A stretch of DNA of 61,510 nucleotides, counting the filler, from Basidiobolus ranarum (Eukaryota), in assembly GCA_040143965.1 (NCBI GenBank). It is 8 parts of 8 records of this genome, joined end to end, with 100 filler letters (N's around TTAATTAATTAA, not from the genome) between each part and the next. Parts side by side here need not be neighbours in the genome. Positions count along the whole stretch, not along the records: positions 46,244 to 53,827 come from JASJQH010007972.1; positions 53,928 to 61,510 come from JASJQH010007973.1; 6 more parts are not named here. One strand, given 5' to 3'. The position numbers were made by a program, and so were the translations under genes. Shown here in pieces: positions 51,701 through 61,510 of the stretch (positions are counted from its first letter, which is position 1; every line of letters begins with the position of its first letter). Under the pieces are notes generated by a model. It saw only the letters and a program-made list of their open reading frames with translations. It had not been told where the DNA came from and ran no database searches.

Positions 51701-52317
51701 TTTTCCGTAAATTATGTATGTTAGATGTTTGCATTTTATCCCGGCTCTCTTCATTTCTGTTTGCTGAAGTTTGAGCTAAAGTAGGGCCATTTGCTATTTT
51801 TAAACACGAAATTATTCAATAAGATTAATTTTCGTGGTCTATTCTTTAGAAATTATTTTAAAATTTCTTACTATTATACGTCGAAGTAGGGCCTGGAGAG
51901 TTTGGTAGTGAGTTTTTCGAGTTGTTCAAAAGAAATATTCGATTGGTATAGGTTTGGTGCTAAATATCAAGGATGTTAGACAAGTTACACGCAGACATAA
52001 TATTGCTAACAAAGTGTACGAGGTCGCCAGAGAAACTCAAGGACATGGCAAATATTGATGGGTAAGCTATGATGAAGACTCACAATCTGTCGAAGTTTTT
52101 TCCGATTGTTGGCATTCTCAGCCCTATCCATGACCTGTGACAATAGGTCAGCGGCCTCTTGGTAAGCCATAATAGCTTCATCCATTTTTTTTTGGCCATC
52201 GAGTTGAACAGCATCTTGTGCTTTACTCAATGCAATAGTTAAAAGGGTTTTAGGTGAAGTGTTTGGGTGATTTGAGGGTAGAGAAGCCGAAGTTGTAGTT
52301 TTTGTTGAGGTGGCCAT
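48731..52317 (-). CDS. Fungal MIT-domain protein (N-terminal MIT, long Pro/Ser-rich linker, conserved helical C-terminus); multi-exon
   Basis: MIT: KTLLTIALSKAQDAVQLD..EAIMAYQEAADLLSQV..KKLRQI/HQTYTNRI. C-terminus: PFWLMRCFERSMVSGGFISNKMYIPRSLW/YQSGARLSAIEAKISACE..VICAFVMRDLTVLMAKYMKRCKEWLID*. Confidence 0.8.
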
Positions 52318-53721
52318 CCCGGAAGTTTGTATGGCTTGCGCCAAAATATAGAGAGAGCGTTAAAAAAAGTGGATTGCGTGATCAACTTTACAGAATACAA
52401 GAGTGGGTAGAAAAGTAAGATACAGGTTATCGAAAAAGACAGAGAAAATTTGGTTGGTATTTGTCGCGTTTGGAATTCCACCAAGAAGAAATGTCAAAAG
52501 TTGAATAAGGGATAACTTTAGAATTTGCGACTAATAGTGAATGTGACGAGAATGGAAAGGGGTTCCTAGAAAAAGGAGTGAGGTATCTCAGTCAGACCAA
52601 AATTGCTGGTGATAATATTAGGAATGTGTAAAAGTGATATTTTAAAACTAAGCAAGGGAGTTACCCTCCATGGGGCTTAAAATGTGAATTCAAATGTTAA
52701 CCAAAGTGGGAAAAGCCCAATAAAATAATTATCCGAAACGTGAATTAAGATAAAACTTTTTGCCTTGAAAGGGAATTCATAAATTGGAGTCAGGGCTGGA
52801 CATAAAATATAACTTAAGAGTTTAGTCACCTGACGCGTGTGTGAATTTACCCTCCATCAGAAATCAAATATTGGAGGTAGGGGCTCAGATGGTGTCACGT
52901 TCATTCTGTTCAGCTCCTGCTTCATTCTCGTGAAAACGATCAACTTGACTTTTTCTGCTTGTATTCGCCTCTAGAAGACAAACCACTAGAGCATACAAAA
53001 AGTGGCACACAGATTACATTGGTTTGGTATAGTAAACTCGGTGTGTTTGAGAAGCACTAGGTAACATAGATTGAGATAAGAGCTTTCAGAGACGAGGTCA
53101 ATCTTGCAATAGAAGATTGGCTTTATGAATGAAAGGATCAAAGGGAGTACTAACTCAATACTTGCTACGAATAGAGACCCGTTTTCGGTCGCGTTTATTG
53201 TTTGTTAGAGGCCATTGTTCAACCTTGAATATTGGCGCCTTTATTGGAGATGGGATGATCGAGTTGTTTGAATGTCGATCATTTTAATCATAGGAATTAG
53301 ACTATAGAGGGTGCTTAATAGTATTGGAACTTCTAACCAGGGCTGAGAATGATCAACTCTGACGTCTTACTAAGCAGTTAGTACTTTTTAGCTGTATTGG
53401 TAAGCGATTGATTATGGCTATGAACACTGTTATAATTGTTAAATGAATGGATGCTGCTTTACTTTCACAATCATGTAATCAATTCAAAAAATGTATTCCA
53501 GCGGGGTGTGTGGATCTGACCATCCAGGTAAAGTTTGTGTTGGTAATAATACATAGAAAGTATATCCAGCACTTAGAAGTTTTGGTACTTTTAGATATAT
53601 GATAGTTGCTGTGATTACAAAATAACTCATAAAAAGTCTTCATAGCTAGAAAAGCCTTCAGTAGAAACTTATAGGTTATTTCTAAGAATACTGCTGGCTT
53701 GCAAACTAGGGTTGCAGTTTC

Positions 53722-53827
53722 TGTTAAAGTATTTGGGAGCCTGTTGGAAGTGGTTTGGAGAATTAGAGGAATTGGTGGTTTTCACTTATTGATTTATTGA
53801 GTAGAAAGTTGACATTTATAGTTTTGT
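53722..53827 (-). mobile_element. Partial LTR of the copia-associated family at the contig end
   Basis: TGTTAAAGTATTTGGGAGCCTGTTGGAAGTGGTTTGGAG..GAAAGTTGACATTTATAGTTTTGT. Confidence 0.85.
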
Positions 53828-53927
53828 NNNNNNNNNNNNNNNNNNNNNNNNNNNNNNNNNNNNNNNNNNNNTTAATTAATTAANNNNNNNNNNNNNNNNN
53901 NNNNNNNNNNNNNNNNNNNNNNNNNNN
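53828..53927. other. Artificial contig linker
   Basis: Same 100-nt spacer. Confidence 0.98.
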
Positions 53928-54021
53928 GAAAATCATTTGTGATATCTTATTGAAATATGTAATAACTAGATACTAAGCTATATGTAACTATATCGATCTT
54001 TAGGCTATGTTAATCTCAGCA
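53928..54021 (-). mobile_element. Partial LTR (other end of the same family) at the contig start
   Basis: ATCTTATTGAAATATGTAATAACTAGATACTAAGCTATATGTAACTATA..TTTAGGCTATGTTAATCTCAGCA aligns with 46275-46353. Confidence 0.75.
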
Positions 54022-54899
54022 GAAAATAGAGTTTCCAAACAGCCATAAACAATAGTTCAATATAAGTTCCTTTCCTCACTGTATGGGAGATATCCTACAT
54101 ACACCTCAGAAGATTGCTACAGAGAGGTAGATAAAATTGTTCAATAATTCCATCATTCATATTATTTAGATGGCCTATTAGGATTGATAATGGTTAGGGT
54201 ATCACAAGATCCAGGTTCAACATTTCAATCTAGTTTAACAAGCGACTCAATACTATTGGAAGCCATAATGTACCAAAATCACCAAACTAACTTATATTGC
54301 ATTACAATTGGGAGAATGGAGTTGTGGGGCTAAAGACTTTTGGCGTTTGTCAAACAGCAAGTGATTGAATGCAAACGACTAGATGTTAGAGCAAGCAAAG
54401 TACACATATAGTTGGTACAATGAAGATGTCAATTACTGAGCGGAACAGCAGCTCTAGTCTGAAGAGCAAAGATAGGAAACGTACACGCTGATTGTCAATG
54501 TGGGGGAATTGGCTCCTCCCTCGCCTCAAGTGGGGAAATCTCTAATCAATGCAGGTTTTCTATGGTCATAATCATCGGTCACCAGATGGTATCAGCACCA
54601 AATAGCAATTATCTGTATTAGTCAATTCGTGGCTTTCTTAATATTTGTGTCGTGATGTAATGCGATTTAAATTAGAATCTGACTGGGATTACCCGAACGG
54701 GCACATACCATTTGACCAGAAGTTCTATTTCATTTAGAACCCTAACACGGATTCAGAAAGGTCCAGATTCAGATCAGCTGTGATCTCCCGAAACCGAAAC
54801 CGAAACCAAACCCGTTACATTCCAAGAAGACATTCTCAGAAGCTGGAGCGGTTCTGAGACTACTGATAATAAACAAGGATTAACTGCTCCCAAAACCAA

Positions 54900-54966
54900 G
54901 TGCTACAAACTCTGTTTACACTGAAAGATGGTGCTACTAACTCTGTTTATACTGAGATGGTGCTAC
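54900..54966. repeat. Short tandem duplication (about 30-nt unit, about 2.3 copies)
   Basis: GTGCTACAAACTCTGTTTACACTGAAAGATG / GTGCTACTAACTCTGTTTATACTGAGATG / GTGCTAC. Confidence 0.7.
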
Positions 54967-55485
54967 AGAGACGTTGATTACGCTCTCACATGCTTTAGAA
55001 TCTCGAATGTGCACATCACACATCAATGACCATGGATGTCAGGCCATCAATCTATGGACTAAGAATACCTGGGAGTTCCTGCTAGCGTAGTCACCTCGGC
55101 TAATTCTCAGAGGCCACGAAACTCGCGCTAGACATCCTATCACAACTTCACTGTTGGCCTTGTTCATGGCCTATGGATCGCAAATGACCAGGCTCAGTAA
55201 ATTCGCTCACTAATCGTGATTGCTTTGATATTTAATCAATGACACTACACTAAATGAAATATCGATTTACGACTCAGAATTTCCAGAACTCAATTTAGTT
55301 TCGTGTAAGGGGTCGGCATGGGATAGCCATAGGGTTATGATAGGATGGGACCCTCGATTGAAAGGTGGCATTTGAAGGTAGAGTATACATTGGGAGTATA
55401 TTGGAGATAAATAATATTTACAAGTGGTGGGCGTGCATGTAACCAAATTCAGGAATGTAATGTACTTTTGACAGTTTCATGAATC

Positions 55486-56185
55486 CTAGAGGTAGATATA
55501 CAGCTCATCATACCAGGACTTTCGCATTGTCTTCGCACGATTCTCCACAGGCGCACAATCACGCTTACATATCGGACACAAGGAAGAGCGAGACAGAAGC
55601 CAGGGATCGATACATGCTCTAGAATGAAAAAAGTTTACACATTAGCAAGTTTATTTAGATGTAGCAAAGCGTGCTCCGTTACCTATGAAATTGATGCAAG
55701 CATGGCAATGTTCTCAGCTGGTCGGAGTCTTCGTAATCGTTGAGACACACCGCACACATATCAGATTCGAAATGAATAGTGGATAGTTGCGGTTTGTCGT
55801 TAATGGAATAGCTAACGATCACCAGCCCATTCAAATCGTGTGACTTCAGCGTACTTCTTGTATGTAATGGCTCTGGGATGGGATGTGCGCGTGTTTGTGC
55901 AAGTACTCGTCGAATCTTAATAATATAATAGATGGCACCAAAAATAGATAATCCACAAGCGAGTCCTAGCCCGCCGTAAAGAAGAAAAAGGCCAAGATCA
56001 AAAGTAGAGGAGCCCTGAGGCTTTGCAGGAGGTGTCAATTCTGGTTGCTCCGAGGAGCCCACCTCCGTCACTCTCTTGGTAACGTTGGTATCAGTGTTGG
56101 TGTTTTGGCATTGTGCTAACGCACAAAAGGCGATGAAGACCAAAAACCGCAATGATCGCAAAAGAAATGCTTTTGTGAGTAACAT
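55486..56185 (-). CDS. Single-pass membrane RING-H2 E3 ubiquitin ligase; intron at 55682-55619
   Basis: Signal peptide, a TM segment (LFLLYGGLGLACGLSIFGAIYYII), then CAVCLNDYEDSDQLRTLPCLHQFHR/ACIDPWLLSRSSLCPICK (C3H2C3). Confidence 0.88.
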
Positions 56186-57918
56186 TCAAACAAATTGCAA
56201 AATAGTACTGGTTAGATTATGTACACAGGTAGGGATCGTACTGTTGGCTTGCCCAGGTTCTTCCTACGAGTTGCAACAGAAACGAATTTAAGTTAGAAAT
56301 CAAGAGTTATCTCTTATAAAATGGATGATCCATCTGGGCTCTCCAAAGGCTTATAAAGATTTGGAGGAAAACCCGGCCTTCACTCTGAGCTGAAAATGCA
56401 GTGCCTCGTTTGAATGAGCGAGAATTAACTCGTAGTGATTGAAACTGGTCTTAACCAAGGTTTCAAATCTCTCCTGTTGGCAAAGGCTGAAAGATCCAAA
56501 CCAGATTCGTGATTCATTCGGTTTCACAGATATTGTTGAGACCAACAAATATGGCGGGTAATGAGCAGTTGTGGATACACGCAACAATAGCCAATATTGC
56601 TACCTATTCGTAGGCCATTAGCATCGGATGCCAACTCAGGTCGAACGCTGTGTAGGTAGTCACTCGCAGTATTTGGCATTTATTGACCATCAGCGAGAGA
56701 TCTTGATTGGGTGTTTGCGTGTTTGCAAAACCTGCCTTTCGCAAAGTCATCCAGAAACCAATTAATCAATTGTTTGGTTTGGTTGCACTCGAATTGCTCA
56801 GAGCTAGAAAGTAAGCTGTTCATCCCCCTATTGACTTTACCCCTGACACTTAATCTAAACCGTAAAGTGGGGGATTTGAGTCAGTGATATTCTAGGAATG
56901 AATCCACAATTCGCAGAAAACCCAGTGCATGCACATGCTTAGTTATCAGTTTGAATCAGCACTTGTCCCTCTGGATCTATCCTGGTTCACATCACATATT
57001 GGTGACAACAGTTGTCAACGTTAACGGTGGAAGGAAGGCTGAGAATACCGCCCTCTGAGCCCTGACGACTTGATTCCATCTGGACCGTTTTCTTTTCTTT
57101 CGCACACCTTAGATTTGGCAATGCAAATCACAGTTTAAACTGGACACACGGCCAGAATCCATCCACCCAACCCACACCGATCAATCCAGATACTCCAGCA
57201 ATCAAATCATTTCTACTAATTAAACCATCTTCACCCAAATACTGCAATACAAGCAACACAACTCAACAATTGATCGACTGTAGAAATATCGACCAAAGAT
57301 TGCCCATCACCGCAACAAACTAAGCTTAAGCTCCACCAGAGCAAACAACCTTATCGTATACATATTGACACAATGCAAGGTCTCCAGATTTGCTTTTAGG
57401 GAGTGAATATCCTTGGTGACAATCGCCGCTTGATTGTAATCGTATCCTGAGCGCATCCACTTGAACCTCCTTTAATAGCGATGACCCTGGCCCCGTTACT
57501 CTGCACGAGTGCTGCTTGGAACAAGTATATGCAAATTATGATATCTTCTGTCAGCATAACAGTCTTGGCCTGAAGTCACATGATGCTAGCGTAGGCTTCA
57601 GAATGGTATTTCAATTTGTACATTGGGGGATTGAATTAACAGGAATAAAGGAGGCTGTTTAAAGGGGAGAGTTAGGAGCCCTCTCGATGATTGGCCATAG
57701 ATCACAATTGTCTAATCAACTTGGCTCCAATGCAGTTATATTCCGATTTTGTCCTAAGCATTGGGGAGTAGAGGTTGGTGTATTGAAAGTAAACTAGTAT
57801 CGACATAGATATTCACTAGCTTGATTCTAAGCCTATCCCCTGGTTTCTCCTACTCATAAAAGACTTTGAAGGGTGTGCAAATGGCCTGTTGTTTATCTCT
57901 TTACTGCTATTTCATAAC

Positions 57919-59262
57919 ATGCGCGAAGTTATCTCAGTCCACGTCGGTCAAGCTGGTATCCAAATCGGAAATGCCTGCTGGGAACTCTATTGTCTTGAGC
58001 ACGGTATTCAGCCCGATGGCCAGGTGGCTACCGATAAAACATCCTCCGATGACTCTTTCTCCACTTTTTTCTCCGAAACTGGTTCTGGTAAATATGTTCC
58101 TCGTACAGTGTTCGTTGACCTAGAGCCTACTGTGATAGATGAGGTACGTACTGGCACCTATCGTCAGCTTTACCACCCTGAACAGTTGATAAGCGGCAAA
58201 GAAGATGCAGCTAACAATTACGCTCGTGGTCATTACACCATTGGGAAGGAAATGGTGGACTCTGTCCTCGATCGTATCCGTAAAATTGCCGATAACTGCA
58301 ATGGACTTCAAGGCTTCCTTGTATTTCATTCATTCGGCGGTGGTACTGGCTCAGGGTTCGGAGCTCTTCTGTTGGAACGGCTTTCTGTTGACTATGGCAA
58401 GAAATCCAAATTGGAGTTCTCTGTGTATCCCGCACCCCAAGTTGCAACCGCCGTTGTTGAACCATATAACTCTATATTGACCACCCATACCACATTGGAA
58501 CATACTGATTGCTCCTTCATGGTCGACAATGAGGCTATTTACGATATATGTAAGCGTAACCTTGATATTGAACGCCCTTCTTACGCCAACCTTAATCGTA
58601 TCATCGCTCAAGCAGTTTCTTCTATAACTGCCTCACTTCGCTTCCAAGGATCTTTGAATGTGGATTTGAATGAATTCCAAACAAATTTAGTTCCATATCC
58701 TCGAATTCATTTTCCGTTGATTACCTACGCACCTATCATCTCTGCTGCTAAAGCTTATCACGAGACTCTGTCTGTTAATGAAATAACTACCGCTTGCTTT
58801 GAGCCTAACAATCAAATGGTGAAGTGTGATCCTCGTCACGGTAAGTACATGGCCTGCTGTTTGCTATACCGCGGTGATGTTGTACCAAAGGACGTCAATG
58901 TTGCCATTGCAGGCATTAAGACCAAACGGACCATTCAATTCGTCGATTGGTGCCCTACCGGCTTCAAAGTTGGTATCAATAGTCAAGTACCTGCTGTTGT
59001 ACCTGGTGGTGACCTCGCCAAAGTGAATCGTGCGGTGTGCATGTTGAGTAACACCACCTCCATTTCTGAGGCTTGGGCACGACTCGACCATAATTTTGAC
59101 CTTATGTATGCTAAGCGCGCATTTGTTCACTGGTATGTTGGCGAAGGTATGGAAGAAGGAGAATTCTCGGAAGCTCGTGAAGATCTTGCTGCTCTTGAGA
59201 AAGATTATGAAGAGGTTGGGGCAGATTCTCATCAAGAAGAAGAGGAAATCGAGGAATACTAA
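57919..59262 (+). CDS. TUB1: Alpha-tubulin (intronless)
   Basis: [44 protein letters not shown] and C-terminal EEY. Confidence 0.98.
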   Translation: MREVISVHVGQAGIQIGNACWELYCLEHGIQPDGQVATDKTSSDDSFSTFFSETGSGKYVPRTVFVDLEPTVIDEVRTGTYRQLYHPEQLISGKEDAANNYARGHYTIGKEMVDSVLDRIRKIADNCNGLQGFLVFHSFGGGTGSGFGALLLERLSVDYGKKSKLEFSVYPAPQVATAVVEPYNSILTTHTTLEHTDCSFMVDNEAIYDICKRNLDIERPSYANLNRIIAQAVSSITASLRFQGSLNVDLNEFQTNLVPYPRIHFPLITYAPIISAAKAYHETLSVNEITTACFEPNNQMVKCDPRHGKYMACCLLYRGDVVPKDVNVAIAGIKTKRTIQFVDWCPTGFKVGINSQVPAVVPGGDLAKVNRAVCMLSNTTSISEAWARLDHNFDLMYAKRAFVHWYVGEGMEEGEFSEAREDLAALEKDYEEVGADSHQEEEEIEEY

Positions 59263-60066
59263 TGCCCAATTCAATATTAAACATGAAATATCTTCCATGA
59301 TAGTACTTATGGCCTTTTGAAGTCTCCACCTCAACGGAACTATGCTACAGCATGAAATACCAATGCCATAGTGTGTACCATGTTTATTATGTATAATTTA
59401 ATTACTATAAAAGCAGAAAAGCAAATTCTTGTTGTTTCCGGTGCAAATTACAGTGATCACTTAACTTTGTTCATGTGTAAGCCATGATTCCCTTCTCCAC
59501 TCCAATATTGAATTAATCACTCATTGTATCTCTGGGCTACGTCATCATACTAATCGTAATAATGTGTGGGATAAACCTACCCTCTCCTCCCCTCCCTCAA
59601 GTAGTATCGAGTGGGTGAAGAGAGATCAAAATCCACCAACCAACCTATCAAGAAATAAAAAGCGAGTTTCGGGAATAGAGGAATATTTCGCAAATGCATG
59701 GAATTCAATTTCGAGAATTCCGAATATTTTTGAAGAATTAATTTATACAGATTGAGAGGTTGACGAATCCGAAAAAGAATGAATCAAATTTCGATTAGTT
59801 TAATGAAAAATTGAAAGATAATTTCAATCGTAGTTTGGGTCCTTTTTTTTCTTTAGCAAGTTAGGTTTTCTATTCAAACTCCCATTGATTTTCCTCTATT
59901 CACTTTGAAGTATTGTTTATACTCTAAACAGTTTTGGTTTAGTTTTATCTTTTATTGTTTAGGTAAGTACTTTTTTTCTTTGGTCCCTCGAGTCTCTTTA
60001 AAAGGTGGTTGGTGTCTGATTTTCTATTTATTCTATCTACAGTTAGTCAGAGTTACACTTTGAGCT

Positions 60067-61358
60067 ATGGAAGCGGAGCAAGAAATCAATCAAACTCGAG
60101 AGCAAGATGATCTCGAAGAAGTCGAAGATGAATTCTACGGTTAGTACTCGTATGATTTTTCTACCTTTACGACACGTATACTGGAAAATTTGATAAGAGC
60201 CTTCCTAACTAAGCTATATTTTAGAATCGAACTCTTCTCACGACTCGGAAGAAATGATTTCTTGGATTTCTTGGTTTTGTTCACTTACAGGAAACGAGTA
60301 CTTTTGTGAGGTAGCCGAGGAGTTTATTGAAGATGACTTTAACTTGACCGGTTTAAATTCCACCGTCCCTTGTTATCGGGAATCTTTAGAGTTGATTCTT
60401 GATATTGAACCAGGTTTGTCTAAATTTTGAAGCAAGTTTGGTTTGATCAGAAATCTAACAAAATCTTCACGTTACTCCATTCTAGAGGAGGATCATTCCG
60501 AAAAAACCGATAGTATCATAGAGTCTTCTGCAGAGCGTCTTTATGGCCTGATTCATCAGAGATTTATTCTTACGCGTCAAGGAATGAATTTAATGGTACA
60601 GATATTGTTCAATTAATAGAAAGTCACATCTCTCCACTGTGTATATTCCTATTAAAGAAGTATTCCCTCATTTAGATCGAAAAATACGAGAGAGCAGATT
60701 TTGGTTACTGCCCTAGATACTACTGCAATGGTATGCCGGTTTTACCCATTGGTCGCTCCGATAACTTGGGTGTTGAAACAGTAAAGTTATATTGTCCTAG
60801 TTGCACCGATATTTACTCTCCTGCTAGTTCAAGATATCATCATATTGACGGTAAGTTGGTTGGAGTACCTATTTAATACGAGCTCATTCTAACTTCTGTT
60901 CAACATTTAGGTGCATTCTTTGGTACCACTTTTGCCCATATGTTCCTTCTTCTGATGTACCCTGACGCCTATCAACGGTGCACTACAGTCACGTACAAAC
61001 CGAAGATCTTTGGCTTCAAAGTCAATGAAAAGAGCAAGAGTGGGATGCGTATGAGTTGGCTTCGTGCTCGCCCTCCTCAAGAAGACAAAGATGGAGAAGA
61101 CGAGGAAAACCAGGGGAACATGGACCATGAGTCTAATGCAATGCCTGGAATAGAACTCCCAAGCGAAGTCACTGCTGCCAATGAAACCCAAACTAATGGA
61201 GTAGAGGGTGATATTAATGAAGACAAGAGTATGGTAAGTACCGATCATCGTTGTGCGACAAGTTCCATATTATTACTGTAATAGCAGTATGTTGTGGTCT
61301 ATAAATGTGCATGCACCCGTGATTAACAAACTTCTCATCTTCACAGACTCAGGCTTAA
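60067..61358 (+). CDS. CKB1: Casein kinase II regulatory subunit beta (about 6 coding exons; probable 5' UTR intron at 59963-60042)
   Basis: [69 protein letters not shown] (zinc finger); [20 protein letters not shown]. Confidence 0.95.
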
Positions 61359-61510
61359 CTTTTCACGCAATACTACTATGTTCTCACATCAAACATGTAA
61401 GGAAAGGCATTAGCAGTAGCTTCATAGGATAGAAAATTCCCAATCTTCAATACTCTCCCCTATCCTCCACTCCACCAAGAAATCATTCGTACGGCAGCAA
61501 ACGTGATGTC

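Noticed and set aside
39060..52317. Apparent membrane-trafficking/ubiquitin-like 'cluster' (VPS16, ULP1 and the MIT protein, plus GID4, Sec7 and the RING ligase elsewhere)
   Set aside because: Apart from VPS16 and ULP1, these genes are on different unlinked contigs, and they are ordinary housekeeping genes.
7628..53927. Regularly spaced TTAATTAATTAA palindromes (about every 7.7 kb) suggesting a repeat array or recombination sites
   Set aside because: They are embedded in fixed N runs and are synthetic six-frame-stop linkers. The even spacing comes from sorting contigs by length.
53722..54021. Left and right LTR halves on either side of a linker looking like one element spanning a gap
   Set aside because: The contigs appear ordered by size rather than position, so the juxtaposition is probably coincidental for a high-copy repeat.
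54160..54230. A-box/B-box-like words (TGGTTAG...GGTTCAA) suggesting a tRNA; a similar word occurs near 1497
   Set aside because: No cloverleaf stems could be formed.
58120..59334. Several antisense or alternative-frame ORFs over alpha-tubulin, and likewise over the mucin, Sec7, PPZ, GDSL and VPS16 genes
   Set aside because: They are shadow ORFs of real coding sequence with no recognisable motifs.

Overview
This is eukaryotic, AT-rich, intron-rich DNA, most likely from an early-diverging fungus (inferred from VID24/GID4, a PPZ-type phosphatase, VPS16, TMEM18 and an alpha-tubulin that keeps K40; Zoopagomycota or Mucoromycota is a guess). It is not one locus. Seven identical 100-nt artificial linkers (44 N + TTAATTAATTAA + 44 N) join eight contigs of strictly decreasing length (7627, 7620, 7611, 7605, 7592, 7588, 7584, 7583 nt), so gene order across linkers means nothing. 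Recognisable genes are a secreted mucin-like protein with Cys-rich modules, an alpha/beta hydrolase, GID4/VID24, a Sec7 ARF-GEF, TMEM18, a PPZ phosphatase, a GDSL esterase, VPS16, an Ulp1-type SUMO protease, a MIT-domain protein, a TM RING-H2 ligase, alpha-tubulin and CK2 beta. There is also the 3' end of a Ty1/copia element and a family of related LTRs at several contig ends. I see no clear multi-gene novel system. The best leads are an intron-containing gene with an integrase core-binding-like N-terminus, a Sec7 GEF inserted within an apparently split PH domain, a decayed 18S rRNA fragment in an intergenic region, and an intronless divergent alpha-tubulin. Exon boundaries were read by eye and are approximate.
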